A DNA stretch of 32,000 nt, taken from Telmatocola sphagniphila. Its GTDB lineage: Bacteria; Planctomycetota; Planctomycetia; Gemmatales; Gemmataceae. This document shows positions 9,070 to 17,435 of this stretch, in pieces. The position numbers and the translations under genes are program-made. The notes beneath the pieces were generated by a model. It worked only from the letters and a program-made list of their open reading frames with translations, made no database searches and was not told where the DNA came from. Every line of letters begins with the position of its first letter. Position 1 is the stretch's first letter. The DNA lies in assembly GCF_018398935.1 (NCBI RefSeq), contig NZ_CP074694.1, forward strand, positions 5,850,001 through 5,882,000. Reading direction: 5' to 3'.

Positions 9070-9747
9070 TCGATACATCCGGTGAACTATGCGGGCAGCT
9101 GTGTAACCCGCTTTGAATCCGGCATCAATATTTACTGTGACCACTGCCGCGGAACAGGCATTGAGCATAGTCAAAAGCGGTGCCAGACCTTGAAAAGCCG
9201 CCCCATAGCCAATGCTCGTCGGGACAGCGATGACCGCGCAGTCCACCAGCCCTCCGACAACGCTGGGTAACGCGCCATCCATCCCGGCGACGACAATCAC
9301 AATATCCGCCTGCCGGAGCCGATCGACTTTCGAGAGGATACGATGGAGCCCGGCGACTCCGACATCTACGATCAGTTCCGTACCCACCCCCATCACGGAG
9401 GCCGTGTTAAGTGCTTCACGGGCTACCGGGAGGTCGCTGGTTCCAGCGGTGATCACCAGAACGTCTCCTACCGGCGTTTTTCGTTCGGTAACCACCGGCA
9501 ACCAGAAGGTGCGAGCGATGCGATCCTGAATACCCTGGGGGTAGAGCCGGGCAAAGGTGCTGGCTTGTTCCTCGTTGACGCGGGTTGCAAAAACGTCTTG
9601 GTCGGCGCCGATCAATCGATTGATGATGCCGACCATCCAGTCCACTGTTTTGCCCTCGGCGAAAATCACTTCTGGAAATCCACAACGGGCCTCCCGTTTG
9701 AGATCGAGTGTAGCGTATTCTGATTCGCCGGATTTGTGCGATTCCAT
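9055..9747 (-). CDS. larB: nickel-pincer cofactor biosynthesis protein LarB (PurE/AIR-carboxylase-like)
   Basis: DLKREARCGFPEVIFAEGKT, VITAGTSDLPVAREA, GVAGLHRIL, VIVVAGMDGALPSVVGGL and VIAVPTSIGYGA match the LarB family. Length 230 aa, ATG at 9747-9745. Confidence 0.85.
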   Translation of the reverse strand: MESHKSGESEYATLDLKREARCGFPEVIFAEGKTVDWMVGIINRLIGADQDVFATRVNEEQASTFARLYPQGIQDRIARTFWLPVVTERKTPVGDVLVITAGTSDLPVAREALNTASVMGVGTELIVDVGVAGLHRILSKVDRLRQADIVIVVAGMDGALPSVVGGLVDCAVIAVPTSIGYGAAFQGLAPLLTMLNACSAAVVTVNIDAGFKAGYTAARIVHRMYRSEKS

Positions 9748-10108
9748 AACCGGATCAACCCAATTTGTGTTAATGCTCGCTTATTGGTAAATTCATAGTA
9801 TCGTTTTATTGATTGGCTCTTTTTCCTCGCCGATCATTCGATTCCACATTATTGTAACTATTTCAAATGCGCAGACGAATTCGCAGAATCATTAATCGGA
9901 ACTTTATTCAATCTCTCTGGATTTGAATTAGTTGCAAACTCGTCCGGTATTTGCAAGCCGGTGCTGCGTTAGACTGCAAAAAGCAGGAAATATGTAGCGG
10001 TTGTTCTGGATGTGCTTGTTTTGCTTTGATGGATTGTCTGTCTTTGGGAAACAGGTGCGACAGGCATTTGGCCGTTCTAAGTACAATAGGCCGCGAGGTT
10101 ATAGCGGA

Positions 10109-10915
10109 ATGCGAAGAGAATTGAACGGGGCTGCGATCCTTCTGACAGGTGCCACGAAAGGCATAGGAAGAAAGGTTGCGCATCTATTGGCCGATGAAAA
10201 AGCGAAATTGGCCATAACTTCCCGTTCTCAGTCCGATCTGGACGCGCTGGCACTTGAGTTGCGGTCAAAAGGGATACAGGTCGCCCCGATCGCGGCGGAT
10301 TTAACCAAAGAGGAAGACCGTCGCAAACTGGTCGCAGAAGCGGTCCGGCAGTTGGGTGGTCTGGATGTTTTGATTAACAATGCCGGCTTGTGCAGCTTCG
10401 GGGAATTTTCCACGAGCGATGAGTCGATTTTACGACGGCTGATGGAGATTAACTTCTTCGCTCCGGTCGAGATGGCCCGCCTTTGTCTGCCCCACTTGAC
10501 CGCATCGAATAATAAACCGGCCATCCTCAATGTCGGTTCGATTTGCAGCCGAAGGGGAATTCCCAGTTATCCCGAGCATTGTGCCACCAAGCATGCGATC
10601 GCAGGGATTACCGAATCCTGGCGTGGCGAATTTCAACGGTTCGGTGTGGACGTCTGTCTCGTCCTCCCTGGGCTGGTAAGTGGTCAACCCGACCGGGCCA
10701 GCCACCTGTTGCGAGATGAAGGCAAGATTTATCTGAATCCCAATGCGGGGCCGAGTGAAGATCAGGTTGCTCGTGGGATTGTCAAAGCCCTCAAGAAGGG
10801 CTGGATGGAAACTGTCATCGGGCAGTTGGCACTATTGATTCATCGCGGTAACCGGGTAACGCCCTGGCTGTTGGATGCCGTGATGCGAAAGAAAGTGCTG
10901 AGTTATAAGGCTTAG
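10109..10915 (+). CDS. short-chain dehydrogenase/reductase family protein with a non-canonical active-site segment
   Basis: ATG at 10109, internal to the track ORF. Carries the TGATKGIGRKVA cofactor motif, NNAG and GSICS. The expected Y-x-x-x-K instead reads SYPEHCATK. Confidence 0.85.
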   Translation: MRRELNGAAILLTGATKGIGRKVAHLLADEKAKLAITSRSQSDLDALALELRSKGIQVAPIAADLTKEEDRRKLVAEAVRQLGGLDVLINNAGLCSFGEFSTSDESILRRLMEINFFAPVEMARLCLPHLTASNNKPAILNVGSICSRRGIPSYPEHCATKHAIAGITESWRGEFQRFGVDVCLVLPGLVSGQPDRASHLLRDEGKIYLNPNAGPSEDQVARGIVKALKKGWMETVIGQLALLIHRGNRVTPWLLDAVMRKKVLSYKA

Positions 10916-10946
10916 TCGCGCGGGGCGCGAGAAGGTTTTTCAGAGC

Positions 10947-12998
10947 ATGTGTGGAATTGCGGGAATTATTGATCTCGCGGGTAAGCGAACTGCTCCGGGA
11001 AACGTTGCGCGCCGCATGGCGGATGTGATGATCCATCGCGGGCCCGATGATGATGGGTATCTCACCCAGCCGGGTTTGGATCTTTCGATGCGCCGTCTGA
11101 GCATCGTCGGTCTGGCCGATGGCAAACAGCCCATCTCCAACGAAGACAACTCGGTTTGGGTCGTCTTCAATGGGGAATTATTCAATTACCATGAGAAGAA
11201 GCGGGAATTAGAATCTCGCGGTCACGTTTTCCGCACCCATACCGACACCGAGTTGGTGCCCCACCTTTATGAAGAATATGGGGAAAAGGTTTTCGAGCAT
11301 CTGAAAGGCCAGTTTGCCGTCTGCCTTTGGGATTCCAAGCGAAATATTTTGCTTCTGGGCCGCGATCACGTCGGCATCTGCCCCCTGTTTTACACGATTC
11401 GCAAACCGGCCGTCGGTCCCTACGCCGGGAGCGAATGGTTCCTGTTCGGCAGCGAAATCAAATGCCTGTTAGCTTCCGGGCTGGTCGAACCGAAGGTGGA
11501 TTTGCAGGGCATCAATCAGGTCTTCAGCTTCTTTGCCGTGCCGGGTCCTATGACCTGCTTCGAAGGCGTTCGACTGATCACCCCCGGGCATTATCTGAAA
11601 ATAGAGCTTGGAAAAGGAACCGCCGAAAGCTGCATTCAGGACAAAGTATACTGGGAAATCGATTTCCCACAGTACGGCTCGGAAGAGGATCCTCCCTCCG
11701 AGCGTGTAGTCAACGAATTCGAGGAGATCTTCCGACAGGCGGTCGATTGCCGGCTCAAAGCCGATGTGCCTGTCGTCTCCTATCTGTCCGGCGGTGTCGA
11801 TTCGAGTACTGTGGTGGCCGTGGCGTCCGATGTGCTGAAGCGACCGATCCCCACATTCACGATTTCGGTGAAAGCCAAGGGACTGGACGAAGAACACGAA
11901 GCGGCTATCGTCGCCCGGCACGTGGGAACCAAATCGATCGTGGTTCCTTATGGCGATGCCGACGTTCGCGACACCTACCCGGAATTGATTCGAGCGGCCG
12001 AAGTGCCAGTGGTGGACACCTCTTGCGCGGCCCTGATGCAATTGGCCAAATCGGTTCGAGCCAATAATTACAAGGTGGCTTTGACCGGGGAGGGGGCCGA
12101 TGAGTTCATGGCCGGTTATCCCTGGTTCAAAATCCACAAATATCTGAATACCTTCGGCGACAAGTTCGGGATGTTCCTTCGGCAGATGGGCATCAAACTG
12201 ACTGGTTCGCCTGGCTTTGCCAAGGCTCAGATTGAAGAAACTCGCGACATCGTGGGAGGCCATAACGGTTGGGTAGACCTTTACGGCATGATGAGCATGT
12301 CGAAATTGCGGTTCTACAACCCCGAATTGCGTTCAACTTTGGCGCAAGAATCTCCTTTTGCGAAACTGGGGCTAAATACACAAAGATTGAAGCAGTGGCA
12401 TCCGTTCAACCGATCTCTTTACCTAGGTTGCCGGATAATGCTTCCCGGGCACCTGCTCTGTAGCAAGGGAGACCGGGTGGCCATGAATTCTTCCGTCGAA
12501 GTTCGCTATCCGTTCCTCGACGACAAACTCATCCAATTTTTATCCAAACTCCATCCGCGCTGGAAATTGCGGGGCTACCTTCGCGATAAATACGTTCTTC
12601 GCTGCATGGCGAGCCGCTGGCTACCCAAGGAAATCGCCTGGCGTAAGAAGGCAATGTTCCGGGCTCCTCTGGATTCGTTCCACATGACCGGGCCCGGGGC
12701 GCCGAAATGGATCGAGCAAGTTCTCTCGCGAGAATCGTTGAAGAAGACGGGACTGTTCGATGCCGACGCCGTGCAAAAGTGCCGTCAAGATTTACCTAAC
12801 ATGCGTCGCATGCTTAAACGGACAAGTATTGAACTCGGACTTGTCGCTGTAATCGCCACGCAGTTATGGCATCACCTATATATCTCTGGGGACTTGGCCG
12901 AGCTGTCGAGCCCCAAACGGGACTTCAACCACGGGATTAATCCGCCGGGCAACCCGTTACCTATTGAAACACTCGTACCGTCAGGCTCCAAGGCCTGA
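10947..12998 (+). CDS. asparagine synthase family glutamine-hydrolysing amidotransferase
   Basis: N-terminal MCGIAGI (Cys2 nucleophile), RGPDD, NGELFNY, and the PP-loop SYLSGGVDSS. Length 683 aa. Confidence 0.9.
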   Translation: MCGIAGIIDLAGKRTAPGNVARRMADVMIHRGPDDDGYLTQPGLDLSMRRLSIVGLADGKQPISNEDNSVWVVFNGELFNYHEKKRELESRGHVFRTHTDTELVPHLYEEYGEKVFEHLKGQFAVCLWDSKRNILLLGRDHVGICPLFYTIRKPAVGPYAGSEWFLFGSEIKCLLASGLVEPKVDLQGINQVFSFFAVPGPMTCFEGVRLITPGHYLKIELGKGTAESCIQDKVYWEIDFPQYGSEEDPPSERVVNEFEEIFRQAVDCRLKADVPVVSYLSGGVDSSTVVAVASDVLKRPIPTFTISVKAKGLDEEHEAAIVARHVGTKSIVVPYGDADVRDTYPELIRAAEVPVVDTSCAALMQLAKSVRANNYKVALTGEGADEFMAGYPWFKIHKYLNTFGDKFGMFLRQMGIKLTGSPGFAKAQIEETRDIVGGHNGWVDLYGMMSMSKLRFYNPELRSTLAQESPFAKLGLNTQRLKQWHPFNRSLYLGCRIMLPGHLLCSKGDRVAMNSSVEVRYPFLDDKLIQFLSKLHPRWKLRGYLRDKYVLRCMASRWLPKEIAWRKKAMFRAPLDSFHMTGPGAPKWIEQVLSRESLKKTGLFDADAVQKCRQDLPNMRRMLKRTSIELGLVAVIATQLWHHLYISGDLAELSSPKRDFNHGINPPGNPLPIETLVPSGSKA

Positions 12999-13032
12999 CC
13001 CGGACTTAATCAGGAAGCTGTGTTGCAACGGA

Positions 13033-14181
13033 ATGAATTACGCACTCGCTAGTCTCTGGCACGACAAATCGCGTTACCTCCCCGGTATTGTGGCCGTGGG
13101 ATTCAGCGCGGTTCTGATTTCGTTGCAATTCGGACTTCTGCTGGGCCTGTTCTCGGTAACCACCATTCCGATCGATCACGCCCGGGCCGATATCTGGATC
13201 GGGTCGCCCAAAGTGCTCTCCGTCGACCTCGGTAAACCGATCCCACAGGCCTTTGTCTCCCGCATTGCTTCTCACCCCGATATCGAACGAACGGAATACT
13301 ACTATCAGGCCTTTGCCTCCTGGACGAAATCGGACGGCGGCTCCGATCTCTGCATGGTCATCGGTTCGCGGATGACCGACGACGATTTGGGCACTCTGGA
13401 CGTTTTGTCTTCCGAACAGCGTTCACTGCTCTCGCAACCGGCCAGCGTGATCGTCGATGAATCGGAGTTCGAACGGCTGGGTCTTAAACAGGTCGGCGAT
13501 TATGCGGAAATCAATAAGCAACGCGTGCAGGTCGTCAGCACGGTGAAAGGCTTCAAGGGCCTGGCGGGCCCCTATGTCTGGTGCTCGGCCAACACGGCGC
13601 GGGGCCTCCTGCGAGCGCTCATGCCCGCCGACCAGTGCACTTACATTCTTGCCCAGTGCAAAAAATCCGCCGATCCAAACAAAGTCGTTCGGGAACTGGA
13701 CGAACTTTACGGTAAGGAAAGTGCCGATCATAAGATCGATATGACGATCTTCACCAAGGAAGATTTCGCCTACCACTCGAAGATGCACTGGTTAAAGAAA
13801 ACCAAGGCCGGGATTGCGATCGGTTATGCCGCACTGCTGGGTCTGCTGGTTGGCATGGTGGTCACCAGTCAGACTCTCTATGCCGCGACCACAGCCTCGG
13901 CCCGGGAATACGCGATTCTGCTGGCGCTGGGAATTCCGCGCTGGCGTGTCTCGCTGACGGTGTTGAATCAGTCCTTCTGGGTGGGGATTATTGGAGTCAC
14001 CCTGTCATTCCCCGCGGTGCTGGGACTGAAAGAACTAGCCAAGCTGGCCGGTGCCAACGTACTGCTGGAGCCCTGGTTATTGAGTTCGTCCGCCGGCGTC
14101 ACCATGGTGGTGGCAATGGTAGCAGGATTCTTCGCCCTTCGTTCGGTCCGCAAGATCGAGCCAATGTCCTTGTTGCGATAG
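13033..14181 (+). CDS. ABC exporter permease, FtsX/MacB/DevC-like
   Basis: ATG at 13033, 34 bp after the AsnB stop. One N-terminal TM (YLPGIVAVGFSAVLISLQFGLLLGLF), a ~200-aa extracytoplasmic domain, then three C-terminal TMs. This is the MacB/DevC topology. Confidence 0.8.
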   Translation: MNYALASLWHDKSRYLPGIVAVGFSAVLISLQFGLLLGLFSVTTIPIDHARADIWIGSPKVLSVDLGKPIPQAFVSRIASHPDIERTEYYYQAFASWTKSDGGSDLCMVIGSRMTDDDLGTLDVLSSEQRSLLSQPASVIVDESEFERLGLKQVGDYAEINKQRVQVVSTVKGFKGLAGPYVWCSANTARGLLRALMPADQCTYILAQCKKSADPNKVVRELDELYGKESADHKIDMTIFTKEDFAYHSKMHWLKKTKAGIAIGYAALLGLLVGMVVTSQTLYAATTASAREYAILLALGIPRWRVSLTVLNQSFWVGIIGVTLSFPAVLGLKELAKLAGANVLLEPWLLSSSAGVTMVVAMVAGFFALRSVRKIEPMSLLR

Positions 14182-14229
14182 CAGACCGCGAGCGGTATGA
14201 TGCCGTTTGCATAAAAAGCGGAGCTGTGG

Positions 14230-14982
14230 ATGATGTTCGATGAACGGTCGATGCTGCGAGGTTTAAATCTCACCCGCACCTATGGTGAGGGCGAGGTTCG
14301 AACGACAGCTCTGCGCGACGTCACACTGGAACTGCAGCGTGGCCAGTTGGCTCTATTGATGGGTCCATCCGGTTCGGGGAAATCAACCCTGCTGGCGGTT
14401 CTGTCCGGTCTCCTGGAACCTTCGAGCGGTCAGGTGATTTCCGAAGACAACGGCCGCATGCTGGATATCTGGAAGCTCTCCGCCAAGCAGCGCGAAGATT
14501 TTCGGCTGCGTCAGGTCGGATTTATTTTCCAGGGCTACAACCTGTTCCCGGCTTTGAATTCCCGCCAGCAACTGGAGATCGTTCTCCGCTGGGGGGGAGT
14601 ATGCACGGCCCGCGAAGCCCGCAAGCGTTCGGACGATATGCTGGGACTTCTGGGACTTTCCAAGAAAGCGACCAAGAAACCGGCGCAGCTTTCCGGTGGC
14701 GAAAAGCAGCGTGTCGCTATCGGCCGGGCGCTCATCAAAAACCCCAAATATGTTTTCGCGGACGAACCGACCAGCGCGCTGGATTGGGAAAACGGCGAAC
14801 GGGTCATCGAAATGCTCCGGGCCGCCGCCCACGAACGCGATGCGACGATTCTCGTCGTCTCCCACGATCACCGCATCGAGCCCTACGTCGACGCCCACTT
14901 TTACATGGAAGACGGAATGATGAGGTCCCACGATCGACCTGCCCAACCGGTCGAGCCGACTTTCTGGAGGAATGCACAATGA
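14230..14982 (+). CDS. ABC transporter ATP-binding protein (DevA/MacB/LolD-like)
   Basis: Walker A GPSGSGKST, signature LSGGEKQRVAIGRAL, Walker B YVFADEPTSALD, H-loop VVSHD, and a tail reading HRIEPYVDAHFYMEDG. Confidence 0.92.
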   Translation: MMFDERSMLRGLNLTRTYGEGEVRTTALRDVTLELQRGQLALLMGPSGSGKSTLLAVLSGLLEPSSGQVISEDNGRMLDIWKLSAKQREDFRLRQVGFIFQGYNLFPALNSRQQLEIVLRWGGVCTAREARKRSDDMLGLLGLSKKATKKPAQLSGGEKQRVAIGRALIKNPKYVFADEPTSALDWENGERVIEMLRAAAHERDATILVVSHDHRIEPYVDAHFYMEDGMMRSHDRPAQPVEPTFWRNAQ

Positions 14983-16103
14983 AAAAGCATCTCGTTCTGA
15001 CATCGTGTCTTTTCGCTGGAACGGCACTCGCGGGAGTGACCTTGATGGGAGCCTCCCATCTGTATCAGGAAACCGAAAAGTCGCCGTCCCGCACGGCCAA
15101 TCCTATTCCGGCGCAAACTCCGGCGGTCGATCATTCCCGTGGGGTCATCTGTTTTGGCCATGTCGATTTCGACGGCATTCAGCAGATCCAGATCTTCCCG
15201 CGCAATTTTCCGCAACCTTCACTGATCACCGAAGTTCTGGTGAAAGAAAGTCAGGAAGTTAAGAAGGGACAATTGCTCGTTAAACTGGATGTGGAAGCGG
15301 CTGAGCTTGAATTGAAGAAAGCCAAAGCGACTCAGGCTCGCGTGGAGTCTAAGGTCAATCAGGCCATGGCCAAAGTCGATCAGGCTCGAGAAGCCAAAAA
15401 GATTTACGAATCCAATATTAAGGAGCAGGAACAGGCTGTTGCCGCCGCTGAAGCCGGAGTCCAAGTTGCTTTGGGAGATCAGAAGAAGGTTCGGCAGATC
15501 TACTCGAGCGGGGCTGCGGGTCAGGTAGAAATTGACGCCGCAAAGAGCGGGGTAGACGCAAAGCAAAGTCTCCTCGAAAGAGAAAAAATCAAGCTAAAGG
15601 CTATGCAAGCAGCGAATTTCGATGGCCCCATTAACGAAGCCTTAGCGGGTGTTGCCGAAGCTCAAGCCGCTGTTAAAGAAGCTGAAACCGGAGTGATTGC
15701 TGCAGAACTCGCCCTTAAATACTCGACCATCACCGCTCCCTGCGATGGCTCGGTTTATCATCTGACCGTTGCGGATAACATGACGATCGGAGCTCAGACC
15801 CGAAATCCCCTGATGCAGATCATTCCCAAGTCGAAGTTCTACATTCGAGCGGAAATCGATCAGGAATACACTTCCCGATTGAAGCTCGATCAGCAGGCGA
15901 TCATGACCGATGAAAGCGACCTGCGGTTGAACATCAAAGGACACGTCATTCGTATAGCTCCCGGTTTCATGCCGAAGAGATCCAGCAATCCGTTCGATCA
16001 GCAGATGAACGAACAACGCGTACTGGAATGCCTCATCGAAATTGACGGCGATACTTCCAACCTGCGATTGGGCCAGAAATTGAAGGTAAAGCTGATCGAC
16101 TAA
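14979..16103 (+). CDS. HlyD/DevB-family periplasmic adaptor (membrane fusion protein)
   Basis: The true start is ATG 14979, overlapping the ATPase stop (ATGA). Signal/anchor MKKHLVLTSCLFAGTALAGV. A long coiled-coil (EAAELELKKAKATQARVESKVNQAMAKVDQAREAKK..) is followed by a beta-barrel region. The 126 upstream codons in the track ORF are an out-of-frame shadow of the ATPase gene. Confidence 0.8.
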   Translation: MKKHLVLTSCLFAGTALAGVTLMGASHLYQETEKSPSRTANPIPAQTPAVDHSRGVICFGHVDFDGIQQIQIFPRNFPQPSLITEVLVKESQEVKKGQLLVKLDVEAAELELKKAKATQARVESKVNQAMAKVDQAREAKKIYESNIKEQEQAVAAAEAGVQVALGDQKKVRQIYSSGAAGQVEIDAAKSGVDAKQSLLEREKIKLKAMQAANFDGPINEALAGVAEAQAAVKEAETGVIAAELALKYSTITAPCDGSVYHLTVADNMTIGAQTRNPLMQIIPKSKFYIRAEIDQEYTSRLKLDQQAIMTDESDLRLNIKGHVIRIAPGFMPKRSSNPFDQQMNEQRVLECLIEIDGDTSNLRLGQKLKVKLID

Positions 16104-16121
16104 CTATCCACTCTCGCCCTA

Positions 16122-17351
16122 TCACTTCTTGCTCGCCTCAAGCAACTTCTGAAGTACTTCGGCATCCGAGGGATAATCGGTTTCCAGGATCGTTCTCAAG
16201 GGAATTGGCACTTCATCCATCCGGTAAGCCGTACCCGGACGATGTATCCCATAAGTGGCCGTGGTGAAGCGCACCGCCGGAACAAAATCGGTAACAGCCT
16301 CCGGAACATCCAGTGTTATTACCGGTATTTCACGCAGCGTGGCGAGTGCACTCTGCGGAAAATCGGCGGTCGTTTCGCTTCCCATCATCAGACAAAGATC
16401 GACTTGCTTTTTAGCCAGCAATTCCGAGGCACTATACTCTACGGGATTGTAGCGCGGGTAGCCGCGCTGCATATTGAGGGCCAGGGGGTAACCAGTCGTC
16501 CAAGTCAGTACACTGTCCGCTCCGGCTACATTGCCAACCCCGCGCATCCGCCGGGCATAAAAGCGTGTGTGGGCATTCAAATCGGTTACCAGTTGCAGTA
16601 AGGCTTCCACGGTACGATGGTCGGTCTTCGCTTTCGTTATTCCGTTGCCGAAAAAGATCACTCCGAATTTTGCCGATTTCATCTGGGTCACTAAAGCTTC
16701 CCAGGCGGGTTCTAATTCCGGTGAATCGGGTGAGGCCAGACGCATTCGCAGTTTCCACAGCATCTCCCAATCCTGGTCCGATTTAATTGGCAGGAAGCGA
16801 TCCGCCAGTGCGGTGGTTTCGGTCTCCTTGCAATCGACCACTACAACGGTCCGCCGCTTTTCAGTCGGGTTCCCATACCTTTCCAGATGCCGGGGATGGG
16901 TCTTTACCGGATTTGTGCCCCAATAAATCACCAGATCGGCGCGATTGCGAACTTCGCCGAGCGAACAGGTCGACTCGCCCACTTGCTGCAGGGCCATCAG
17001 AGTTTGAGCCTGCTCTAGGGTCGCGGCGGTATCGACTATCGCCCCGAGTTGCTCGGCCAATCGAATGGCCAGCCGTTGGCCTTCGGTCGTGCTGCGCCCC
17101 AGTCCGTAGATCAAAGGGGAGCGGGAGTGCGACAGGAGTTCGCTAGCTTTTTGAATCGCTTCCTCGAGTGGCACCGGTTGATCCGCGATCAAGGCGGCGG
17201 GATGTGGACGGCTGTTTTGCTGGAGAAACCAACCCTCAGCCAGGACGCAGGCATTCTCCACGCGTTGGATTCGATTGTCGCGAACGTGCAGGGTCAAGTC
17301 GTCGCAGACGCAGCCGCAGCGGGTGCAGGCGGAGTTGGGGAAAATGGTCAT
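16122..17351 (-). CDS. formylmethanofuran dehydrogenase subunit B-like protein (FmdB/FwdB/FhcB family)
   Basis: The N-terminal ACTRCGCVCDDLTLHV..NRIQRVENACVLAEGWF Cys-rich motif is typical of subunit B. The body is a molybdopterin-oxidoreductase-like fold of 409 aa. Confidence 0.7.
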   Translation of the reverse strand: MTIFPNSACTRCGCVCDDLTLHVRDNRIQRVENACVLAEGWFLQQNSRPHPAALIADQPVPLEEAIQKASELLSHSRSPLIYGLGRSTTEGQRLAIRLAEQLGAIVDTAATLEQAQTLMALQQVGESTCSLGEVRNRADLVIYWGTNPVKTHPRHLERYGNPTEKRRTVVVVDCKETETTALADRFLPIKSDQDWEMLWKLRMRLASPDSPELEPAWEALVTQMKSAKFGVIFFGNGITKAKTDHRTVEALLQLVTDLNAHTRFYARRMRGVGNVAGADSVLTWTTGYPLALNMQRGYPRYNPVEYSASELLAKKQVDLCLMMGSETTADFPQSALATLREIPVITLDVPEAVTDFVPAVRFTTATYGIHRPGTAYRMDEVPIPLRTILETDYPSDAEVLQKLLEASKK

Positions 17352-17435
17352 TGTCTCTTCTAACTGATTGTTATCCCTTTTTGCCGCGACTTCGGTTATA
17401 ACACCATCATCGGATAATAGGTAGAGAGATAGCCT

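Noticed and set aside
11469-12263. Long antisense or alternative-frame ORFs: 11469-12263 minus, 11327-12067 plus, 24431-25258 plus, 14383-15027 minus, 2884-3480 plus, 28794-29474 minus and similar.
   Set aside because: Each lies entirely inside a gene with strong family motifs on the other strand or frame. Their translations are Arg/Gly/Pro-rich low-complexity strings typical of shadow ORFs.
14601-14978. A 126-codon N-terminal extension of the adaptor ORF in the ORF track.
   Set aside because: It overlaps the ATPase gene out of frame and reads as Arg/Pro-rich nonsense. A proper ATG with a signal-anchor sequence begins at 14979, overlapping the ATPase stop.
10947-16103. Lasso-peptide or other RiPP cluster (AsnB-like cyclase plus ABC exporter).
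   Set aside because: There is no transglutaminase-like leader protease and no plausible precursor ORF. The AsnB homologue retains the Cys2 glutaminase nucleophile, which lasso cyclases generally lack. The exporter is MacB/DevC type rather than the usual McjD type.
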